Assembly: GCF_006345805.1 (NCBI RefSeq)
Contig: NC_043025.1
Coordinates: forward strand, 1,550,001 to 1,614,000
Direction: 5' to 3'
DNA length: 64,000 bases
Origin: Octopus sinensis
Lineage: Eukaryota
The translations under genes were made by a program, and so were the position numbers. Shown here in pieces: positions 12,306-23,200 of the stretch. The notes beneath the pieces were generated by a model. That model worked only from the letters and a program-made list of their open reading frames with translations, was not told the DNA's origin and searched no databases. The first letter of the stretch is position 1. Each line of letters opens with the position of its first letter.

Positions 12306-12779
12306 GGGATATGTATATATCCCCTCATGACTATATTTCATTGTTGTTTCAGTTTTGTTCCCTTTTTGAATCTCATTCATGTACTGCTTTGCAGTAGTAG
12401 ACAGAGCATATAGATAGGTGTTAATCTGCCAGAATGAGGGTTCATTACACTGCTGTAAATAGACATCCCCAATTTCGTTAAAAGCTGTTAGTATTATATC
12501 TGGTGGGTTTTTGTTTTACTTTGGTGGAGAATACTCTCTTCTCGAGAGAGCACATCAAAGCGGGAGTTGTTTTTTTCGGCTTTTTGTTTCACCTTTTTGT
12601 AGCAGTTAAATAGATCAATATTCAATCCATAACTTCAAGTGTAATGATTTTGTAATTACAGTTTCTTCTATAACTACAGTTAGAAAGAGCTGAACAGGGA
12701 TGAAGATAATGGCTAGCTTGCAAAAAGTTGATTAGCACCACCAAAAAGGGTGAATAGTAACATAACCTAGTTCTTCTGA

Positions 12780-13490
12780 ACTATACCTACCCCTTGTTCA
12801 GTGAGGTCAACATCAACCTCTAGCTATTATTAGAACAGAATCTAAGACATACGTGCTACAATTCAGTTGGAATGAACTCTCCATCCGTTAGGATGGAAAA
12901 TATAACAGTCAATGTTTGCCCTGATAGCAGTAAGCTTTGTCCCTGATGAAGGCTTTTGCTTTTCTCAAATTCATAATGCAATTTAATTGCATAAATATGC
13001 ATTTAAGTAATAAACCAAAAGGCGCGTACGCAACATGAATTGACTTTTATAATAAATATATTGATTATTCTATCTATGCTTTTCCATTTTCTTCAAGTTT
13101 TTATATTTTACATTTTTATATTTTTATATTTATATGTATATGGAAAAATAATTTTTTCATAATTTTTTTCACAATTATAACAAATTAAATTCTCTGAAGA
13201 GGCCGTGGGGCATCCTGGTTAATGCCTCATTTATACCTGCCTTTATGGCTTATAGGTTAAATGAGGTATGACTGCCCTTACTGCCGAAACAGCTGTCAGA
13301 TATGATATAATTACATATTATATTTTATATTTTATATTCTATTTCCTTCCTTGTCTATTTATATTTACTATATATGTTGTATAATGCCTTTACTGATATG
13401 TAATGGTGTAATAAAGTATTGATTGGTTCATCTGATGGTTGATGTTTTATTGATTTAAGTATGTTTCTTCTTCCATTTTCTAATTTTGTA
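12780..13490 (+). mobile_element. Degenerate PLE 3' end / pLTR
   Basis: Contains a hammerhead motif; weak GIY-YIG-C-like remnants upstream (IQLE*..KLC); ends at a TA microsatellite. Confidence 0.45.
13191..13300 (+). ncRNA. Type I hammerhead ribozyme motif with long extended stem II
   Basis: TCT-CTGAAGA(13194-200)-GGC..CCTCATTTA/TAAATGAGG hairpin..GCC-GAAAC-AGCT-GTC(13297)-AGA; palindromic stem III ACAGCTGT. Confidence 0.75.
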
Positions 13491-13491
13491 G

Positions 13492-13526
<35 letters not shown>

Positions 13527-14076
13527 GTTGTGTGTGTGTGTGTGAATTTGCTTCTCTTTTGTTACCAATGCATTTAAATCCTAAGAGCGAATCATTTTCA
13601 AACTTTGCATGAAAGGTCCTCGGATTCAGTTATAAGTTCTCCTCAAATTTGGACCTATTTTTGTTTAAGGCACGGAAAATAATCCTGATTTAACGAAAAT
13701 TTGTCGGACGTCAGCGATAGGTAGCCCGTTAAGTTGGAATTTCTTCGTTTTGACGGATTTTTCAGGGTCCTTTTTATTCACGGTGCCCTTGGAAATAATG
13801 TGGAGAATCTTTTTAACAAGAAACAAAATTAAATGTCTCCCCCTCCACTCCCAATCTTCCCCCTCCGAGCCTATTTTAGTCGATTTTGTGGGCACTATGC
13901 ACAATGAGTTTTGGAGGTATTACGCATTTGAAAACTATAGGAAAAGCCTTTTCGGTAATATATATAATATATATATGTGTGTGTGTATGTATGTATGTAT
14001 GTATGTATGTAGGTATGTATATGTATATATATATAGATATACATACTTCATATATATATATATTATATAGATATAC

Positions 14077-14125
<49 letters not shown>

Positions 14126-14126
14126 A

Positions 14127-14167
<41 letters not shown>

Positions 14168-14990
14168 GAGTGAGCCTTAATTGACTTAATGTGAAGCAGT
14201 GCCTGGATTCGGCGGCGCCCTAAGCACCACTTGAGAGTCTATCGGACGTACTCTTGCCTTTATTTGGCGATTCGCTCGAGTCGTTTACTCTGACAAAACT
14301 TCGAGTCAGCGGCGGAATACTCATTACTTAAAAGACACAAGAACACACAAACTAGTACTCGATCTGGCGTCTGTGGTGAAGACGCAAATCCTCAGCCTTA
14401 TACACAATGAGGTCGCGAGACAGAGCATAGGCGGCTATTGCAGCAACAGAAATCACTTAACGTATAACACGATCAAACACTTGGGATCGATCGATTCTTA
14501 GAGGCTATGGTGTATGTTCGATTTGGCGGCACAATGCGTAGCACGTAAAATGTATCGGATTTACTACGGCCATTTATCGAAACATCGATCGACTCGTTCA
14601 CTCTTATGCCTCGAGACATTGTACAGGGTCGATGCGGCAGCAGTAGGTTTCCCTTGGTGCATAACAGATGGACATACGCACTCACATTGGACCAAGCGCA
14701 TATTCTCGAAAAGACTACGGCGAAGCTTCGATTGGGAGGCACAATACACAGCATTAAAAATGTAACACTTCTCAGATATCCTGCCCGGTCGTGACATCCA
14801 ACAGTTCGCGATTGGATCAAACCTCCTGTACCACTTGAGATTCCCACCTATTTGCCTGGACTTAGTGGACATACTGAATGTATGCGGTCTCTCCCGGCCG
14901 AATCAGCAGAAGATTGAATTTAGTAACGATTTCCTCGTTCGTCTCGGCGAGGTTTGTGGCCCTCGCTATCGCTCGTACGAGAGCATCATA
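14168..14990 (+). other. CpG-rich unidentified coding-like relic fused to a mariner 3' half
   Basis: Visibly higher GC/CpG than flanks; ~270-codon frame with 2 stops and 1 frameshift; FxxAAQYxxLK-like motif recurs at 14300, 14517 and 14727. Confidence 0.35.
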
Positions 14991-15702
14991 ACTTAACAGA
15001 AAAAGCAAACTTAAAAGTGCGCATTTCCACTTGCAGTTCTCTACTCAGGAGAAAGAAATGGTCCATTTGTGAAAAGAATGTTGACGTGTGATGAGAAATG
15101 GGTTATTTTTAATACCATAAAAGAAAAACGTCCTGGGAAAAACGAGATGAACCACATTCAATTTTTCCAAAACCTAGTCTGTATCCGAAGAAGGTGATGC
15201 TCTGTATCTGGTGAGATTGGAAGGGTATTTTATATTACGAGCTACGTTCACAAAATCAGACGTTACTTTCAGACTACTATTGTTCCAGATTAGACTGATA
15301 AAAGGAGGCAATTGATGAAAAACGTCCGGAATTGTCCAACCGAAAAGGTATCGTCTTACATCCGGACAATGCTAGACCGCACGTTTCTTTGCAGACCAGG
15401 CAGAAACTGACACAGCTTGGATGGAATGTCCAACCATACTCATCTGAGCTTGCAATTTCTGATTATCATTTATTCTGATCCTTGCTGGGAAGAAGTTCAG
15501 TTCTATAAAATCTTACATCGATTCAACAGCCAGAAGGATACCAAGTTCTGGGAGGAAGGGATCATGAAGCTGCCTCAGAGATGGAGAAATATAGTGGAGT
15601 AAAATAGAAAATATGTAGTTGAGTAAAGGTATGTACAGCTACCTGATTATTGTAAATGAATTTTACTTAAAAACGCTACGCACTATTTTTACTAACCCAG
15701 TA
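14985..15702 (+). mobile_element. Mariner (DD34D) transposon relic, 5'-truncated
   Basis: HNLTEK, KRMLTCDEKW, PKKVMLCIW.DWKGILYYEL, LHPDNARPHV and KLPQRWRNIVE motifs; 3' TIR-like ...CACTATTTTTACTAACCCAG-TA. Confidence 0.85.
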
Positions 15703-16310
15703 TATGTATATAAAGGTGCATGGGCCATTGGTTCGGTGCGTTGTATCCACGAGAAAGACACTTTCAGTGCACTCATCTGAAAAGGAGTACCAGCAACAAC
15801 CGCGGTTTAATCTTACGACAAACAGGCATCTCGTTCAGTGGGGAGACTTGTATCCTCGGATGTTTAAATACGTTGGATACCGAGATATTGCAGCCTAACT
15901 AGTCTAACTTCAATGTAGACATTTTGGCATGTGCAGTCACGTGTTGTTGTGACATTTGTGCAGTGAAAGTAGACATGAATGTGTAAAAGACAGATGGAAT
16001 ATAATTGTTTGTGAAACATTCATTGCTAGAACAACGAGAGTTGAAAGACCTAATAATGTTAATTAGATAAACGATTATAAATCTTATCAGTTGATATATC
16101 TTGCAGGTTTCAACTTTTTAGTGGCATGTTTAAAATAAGAGATGAAATCACTGCCCCTCCAGGCCGTATTTGAACTTAGACTACAGTATTACATTATTTC
16201 ATCTAAAAAACAAAAGCAAGCAATAAGTCAGATTTAATCCTTTATTCAACAATTTTAAGGCTTACATTGATAACATTAAAGTGGCAATAAGAAAGAATAT
16301 CAACACAGTT

Positions 16311-16357
16311 TCAAATCAAAACAACATTTTCTGTTTTCCTGTGTTTCAAGCAATAGG
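16311..16357 (-). CDS. Candidate terminal exon of adhesion GPCR (TYCLKHRKTENVVLI*)
   Basis: TTCTATTTAG acceptor, phase 1 matching the donor at 19453, AATAAA ~65 nt after the stop; short, so tentative. Confidence 0.3.
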
Positions 16358-16986
16358 CTAAATAGAAATGTTACGACGGGTCATAGGATACAGATATAGA
16401 GTAATAAAAAAAGCCGAAAACTAAACATTTAAGATTATATTATTGTGGATTATGCAGTCTCTCGGTTGCCTAGTGGTGAACCGAAAGGTACAAATATAGT
16501 TTCTTAACAAGCAAATATATTGAATATTTATATTCAATATTATATATTTATATTCCATCGAGGTCGACTTTGCTTTCATCCTTTCGGGATGGATGAATTA
16601 GGTACCAGTTGCGTACTGGCCCCCACCCCCAACATTTCCGACCTTGTGCCTAGAGAAAAGAATATTATATATTCATATTTAATATTCATACTTAAGAGTA
16701 TATATTTATATTTAATATTAATATTTATATTTAATATTATATATTCATATTTAAGAGTATTTATTTATATTTAATATTATACATTTATATTTAATATCAT
16801 ATATGGAGAAAATATTATTTTATGACGTAAAATATTATCGAAGGCGATTTTTGAAGGCACTTTTTCAATTTTCACTTAGAAGTTTGTTTCTGCTCTTCTA
16901 TCCTCGATTTCATTACCAAATCCTGGAAACACGAGAAAACGATATAAAATATTAATTTTAAACTTGTTAATTCCTGGATTGTATAC

Positions 16987-16989
<3 letters not shown>

Positions 16990-17068
<79 letters not shown>

Positions 17069-17082
17069 GTTATATATATATG

Positions 17083-17113
<31 letters not shown>

Positions 17114-17585
17114 CTATATAATATATAAAAATATATATGTATATATATATAATATAAATATATCTATATATATATATATATAAAATATATCTATATATAT
17201 ATATATATTACATATATATATATGTATATATATATATTTACATATATATATATGTATATATATATTAGTTACATATATATATATGTATGTATATATATAG
17301 TTACATATATATATATGAATAATATATATATAGTTAATATATATATTTATATATATATATATATAGTTAATATATATATTTTATATATATATATATATAT
17401 ATTTAATATATATATTTATATATATATATATATTTATTATATATAGTTAATATATATATTTATAATATATATTATATAGTTTAATATATATATTATATAT
17501 CTATATATATATATATAATTAATATATAATATTTATATATATATATATTCAATATATATGTATATATTTATATATATATATTGTA
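16990..17585. repeat. (TA)n-rich low-complexity tract
   Basis: Direct reading. Confidence 0.95.
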
Positions 17586-17597
17586 ATTTATATTTTT

Positions 17598-17950
17598 TAT
17601 TTGTTTAGTCGAACAAATCGACCCCGGGATTTATTCTTTGTAAGCCCAGTACTTATTCTATCGGTCTCTTTTTGCCGAACCGCTAAGTAACGGGGACGTA
17701 AACACACCAGCATCGGTTGTCAAGCAATGCTAGGGGGACAAACACAGACACAGAAACATACATACATACATATATATACATATATACGTCAGGCTTCTTT
17801 CAGTTTCCGTCTACCAAATCCACTCACAAGGCATTGGTCGGCCCGGGGCTATAGTAGAAGACACTTGCCCAAGATGCCACGCAGTGGGACTGAACCCGGA
17901 ACCATGTGGTTGGTTAGCAAGCTACTTACCACACAGCCACTCCAGCGCCT
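17598..17950. mobile_element. SINE 3' module (+) joined to an inverted SINE 5' module (-)
   Basis: TTCTTTGTAAGCCCAGTACTTATTCT..GCTAAGT..AAACACACCAGCATCG is also at 20070; 17775-17950 is the reverse complement of the 10128/45675 family. Confidence 0.75.
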
Positions 17951-18025
17951 ATATATTTATATATATATGAGAAAAACAACTAGTTTTAGATGTTTGAGCG
18001 AGAGATATGTAACGGTATCGAACAG

Positions 18026-18427
18026 TAAGGTTTATTTGTGAACAGAATGTGACAGTCCTACATAGGATGATCTTACTGTTGTTTAGCCTCAGGAAAACAC
18101 TTTTTCCAGTAGGCCACCGACATACAGTTTGTGTTCGTCTAGCATAACATGAGCAACGGAGTTCATCGTCCCAATCTCTAGCCTTTATGATACCCACAGA
18201 CCTATGTTTCGGGGTTGCTTCCCGTATTCGGTGTGAGATAATCACAGGTCAGTGATGGGAGCTTACTCATCTTGCTCATGCTATGTACTTTTTAAAGCGA
18301 CATAATCGCTGATCCCCTAAAGAGAAATACATCTGGTAGCCAGCAGGAAAGGATGTTTCCCTGGAGCTCAACAACAGTAACACGTTCCTGTGGAGGACTG
18401 CCACATTCTGTTGACAAATAAACTTTA
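18026..18427. mobile_element. MITE with ~95-bp imperfect terminal inverted repeats
   Basis: 18026-18120 (TAAGGTTTATTTGTGAACAGAATGTGACAGTCC..) is the reverse complement of 18330-18427. Confidence 0.7.
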
Positions 18428-18428
18428 T

Positions 18429-18460
<32 letters not shown>

Positions 18461-18464
18461 CATA

Positions 18465-18539
<75 letters not shown>

Positions 18540-18571
18540 ATATACATATATATATATACATACATATATAT

Positions 18572-18628
<57 letters not shown>

Positions 18629-18650
18629 TACATATATATATATATACATT

Positions 18651-18690
<40 letters not shown>

Positions 18691-18852
18691 CATATATACA
18701 TATATATACATATATACATATATACATATATACACATATATACACATACATACATATATACATAGATACATATATACACATACATACATATATACACATA
18801 TATACATATATACATACATATATACATACATATATTATATATATATATATAT

Positions 18853-18885
<33 letters not shown>
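18428..18885. repeat. (TA)n/(CATA)n microsatellite
   Basis: Direct reading. Confidence 0.95.
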
Positions 18886-19074
18886 CTTATTTCAATTTGA
18901 AAACTCCACCAGAATAGACAAAAGCGCTAATATATGATATAAGTTATATGATGTATAAAAACATGTAATATACAAATAAATATCTGTAAATATAAAACCA
19001 TCCGAATTTCTGAGTACTTTATTTCTTCTAATATTAAATACCTGTACATCATCTCCAAACGTTCTAATATATAC

Positions 19075-19134
<60 letters not shown>

Positions 19135-19453
19135 GATAAACGTCGCCCTCTTCAAGCCTTGCCAGGCTCATGGGTCCGGTTTCCCGGTTTCTGTGGCGTA
19201 TGGTTTCCCCCCATCTGGACGACGTCGACAACGAAGACGACACCGACGATGATGATGAAGGTAGTGATTATGATGATGATGATGACGACGATGATTGCGA
19301 CGACAACAGCAGTGTTGATATTTTGATGATGTCTATCCTAAAAGTGACTGCGTTGTTAGAAATGGTGTTTGTGATTATCACTATCACGACAATATTGGCG
19401 ATGGTTCTCACGGTGCAATGAATAAAAAAGAAACCAACACAAATCGCACTTAC

Positions 19454-19842
19454 TTCTGCCGGCGACAACTCTCCTGGGATTCGCTCTCTTTCGTTTATTC
19501 ACGGACTCTATGATGACATCACGTGTATCTTTCTTGTACACACAATAAAATAGGAAGATAAACATTCCTTGAAGGGTATTGAATATAGAAAAAAGATACT
19601 CAAACACTTTTGTCGCTTCCCTAACAGCGAAGAATGCAAAGACCCATGTGAATCCAAGCAAAATCATCAAACCAACCAGGCCCAAAACACGCACTTTTCT
19701 TCTTTTGTGTTCAAATCTTTTGTTTCTTTGCGTTGATATGAGACGTGTTATCACACGAGAGAACATGATAAAGTTGAAGATGAGGACCATCACAACGGGA
19801 GTCAGGAAAGCAGCAAAGAAAGAAGGTATGTTTAACCAACAG
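19454..19842 (-). CDS. aGPCR exon: TM5-TM7
   Basis: [57 protein letters not shown]; GTAAGT donor. Confidence 0.92.
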
Positions 19843-20193
19843 CTACAAAGAAAACAGAAAGCAATGAAGAAAAGAAATTCATCAGATGTTCAGCCAATAA
19901 AATGAAGTATCAGACAAGGATTTATGTGGAGTGATTTCGATCCAAAACGAAACGAAAAAATGTCTCATACTTGCGACAAATTATGTACTCTCTTTAATCT
20001 TTTACTTGTTTCAGTCATTTGACTGCGGCCATGCTGGAGCACCGCCTTTAATCAAGTAACTCGACCCCATCACTTATTCTTTGTAAGCCCAGTACTTATT
20101 CTAGCGGTCTCTTTGCCGAACTGCTAAGTGACGGGGACATAAACACACCAGCATCGTCGGTGGGGGGCAAACACAGACATACAAACTCACACA

Positions 20194-20239
<46 letters not shown>

Positions 20240-23200
20240 ACACACGCACACACAGGTTGACAAAAGATTAGAGGTCTATACATTTGAAATTTGTATATAT
20301 ATAAGATATGGAGATGAGAATAGCACAGAAGTGAGTCTATGTCATTTCAATTTAAGAGGGAATTTAATAAAAATGATTTTTAACAAATTATATAAAGAAA
20401 ATATGCATTTCTGTTATAAGCCCAAGGCCTGAAATTTCGGGGGAGATCGACCCCAGTATGTAACTGGTACTTAATTTATCGGCACCGAAATGATGAAATG
20501 CAAAGTCGATCTCGGGGGAATTTGAACTCAGAACGTAGCGGCAGTTCCGGTCATTTCAATATGTGACTGCGTGTGTATTGTTGGTGATTTTCTTTCTCCG
20601 CCTTTCCTTCTTTGGACTTTTTCTGTATTTCTGATGAAGAGCTCCGCTCGAAACGTGAAATTCTCTTTCTTTTCTTTCCTTTCCTGAGTACCCAATAACA
20701 GTACTTGTTCCACGTCCTCGCGTTATTGTTTTTTCTTGCTCGTTCATGTTTGGATTGATTATATTATATATATATATATGTTTTGTTTATATTTTTGTAT
20801 GTTGCTTTCATCAGTAGATATTTGGTCTTATTAAATTGAAGAGAGGAGAAACACAAATGAAATCATTGATATTCATGAGTCTTAGAACAAAAGCATTAAC
20901 AATGATATTGAAGTAGGTTTACTACCAGCAATCAAAGTCGTGGCTTGATGCTAGCTGACCTAGTATTCTACAATACTAAAGGGGTAATATATATCTAGCA
21001 ATAATATTAGTTGTGAAGAGCAGAGAAAATGAGGTGAACGAAAAAGAAAAATACTTACACCTCTGCGATTTTGATGTAATTGTTTGTGGAGTTAATTGCC
21101 AGGGTAATTATAACGATGACTGCTGGAATACCTGATAACGACATTTACAGAAATGAATATAAATCTCTAGATATTAATTAATATTTAAAATCATTATTAT
21201 ATGACATTTGAATGGATTTTGTTGACAATGTTTTTGTTCAGAAAAACTGTCGAGTTCAAAAGAAATGAATATTTTATTCCGTATCACACACTCGCCACTT
21301 CATGCCATATTCTCCTTTGGTTTCTTGGAAATAGGTACCAGTAATATGCAATATGGATTCTTTCAACAATATGTTTCAATGGGAACCAAAAAGTAATAAA
21401 ATGTAAAAACGATTTGGACAAACTTATGAAGATTAAATGGCCTGGTCGGGTAGTAAAGATTCACTGTCACCAACTTCACATATTACTTCGCATGTCCGGT
21501 GAAAGTGCAGAATGGATAACTCTTAGATTTCTGTCAAGAGACGAAATCAGGCTGTAACTATTTGCATGAAAATTCAAATAACTTTAGCCTACCCAACAGA
21601 CTAGAACAAGGAGGGTGTGCTTTTGTTCTCTATAGTTTACATTTCATCACGGATGTATAAATATTATATTTCATTCATCTTTGTATCCACGCGTTTGCAT
21701 CTCCTTTCAACTACTTCCAACATCTTGCCAGTTTACCAATCTATTCGATCCCAAATAATACATGTACTTCACCTGTCTTTATTCTTGATTGAACTACCAT
21801 GTTGATTAAGTAAAAATTAATATCTTTTTTCCACAACTCATTCATTGAGGTATTTAGGCAATTGACATTTTCCTTGTTCCAAGTTACGTTAAAACAAGCG
21901 TTCTTTTTGTGTCACTCTCTAAAAGATGACATATTTGGAATTTTCTGCGTTCATGACCAGATTGCAAACATTATTAAGAGGGAACTCCTACATGGTCTAT
22001 TGATCTGCTAAGAAATAAAAGCCTAATATTTGAGGAAGAATAATTTACAGTATTTTAGGAAATTAATAACATATTGGATTATGTCACCTATGATAATCTA
22101 TGTCTAAACAGAGGGAATGGTCACGTCAAGAACGTCATTGCTCATGAATCAGTAGAGTTAATCTGAGGTCAAATAGCGACATCAACAATAAAGTATTTTG
22201 CAGTGGTTCCGTCTAAATATAATATTGGACCCACAACCTTGAGTCTTATTTAAATTCTACATGCAACTCTCATCAATCTACATGCAACTCTCATCAATTT
22301 GCACAAGTAAAACGACCGAGTGAAGATGTTTGATTATTTGTTGTTAGCTTCTGTGTCATCTCTTTTCTTCACCGAAATGAAAATATAAGCTAAGAATGTT
22401 TCACATCAGATGTGAGTCCACCAGACCTCTCAGTCCATGTTTCCATTGGTTCCTCTGCAGTTTAGCTTAAAATCTCACCCATTTTCAATGTACGATATAT
22501 AGTAATCCACCATAACCTGGGTATTTACCTACGCTACACAATAATACTACAAAATTGAAACTGTCAAAAAAGGTTTAAATTTCTGTACTTTGTTCAGCGT
22601 GTTAGAAAGACTAGCTAAATTTCTTTAAGTACCATTCTTCAGTCTTTCTAAATGGAAGAATAAATTGAATAGTGTAGTGTTTGATGTATTGACAAGATAA
22701 TCATCGACAGAACGTTTTTAACCATAGGTCTGCTTAATCAGTTCTGAAGTAGCACCAAACTACAACAGTAAGGTAGGGATGTTTTCACCCAGAGTTCAAT
22801 GTGGCTAGATTTTACTGTGATACAGATCTGTAAACTAAACCGAGGCTATTTAAAGCAACGAGATTTTAATTACTAGCTTCAAAAGTGCTCCTAAATATTG
22901 TAAGATTGATAATGATGTAGAGGATTCAGGACATACAGCACTATCCTAGATGTGATTGTGAATGATCTCTGTAAAGTTAGAACAAAATAATACGGAAATA
23001 TAAACGGAACCCCTACTGGATAACATCCACTTAAAGAAATATGGTTAACAGTGTTTTGTATCCAGAGTTCAATAACTGTCTAGGCTTACTTTCCCCTTCA
23101 ACATTTTTGGCGCAATGAAATGAATAAGATCCAGATATACTGGTTTTGAATCATTCAAGTGAACCTTTTCCCATCAAGTAATTTCAAACACAAAAAACGA

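Noticed and set aside
12330-12700. Possible R4-like N-terminal coding remnant on minus strand (FWQINTYLYALSTTAKQY)
   Set aside because: Similarity is too short and frame-broken to support.
18190-18270. Hammerhead on minus strand (CCCGAAACATAGGTC)
   Set aside because: No CUGANGA core upstream.
7779-19454. Splicing of the aGPCR phase-1 donor (19453) to an AAG acceptor at 7780, giving a GPCR with a propeller tail
   Set aside because: The phase match has a 1-in-3 chance and the acceptor is weak. A better terminal exon with AATAAA exists at 16357-16311.
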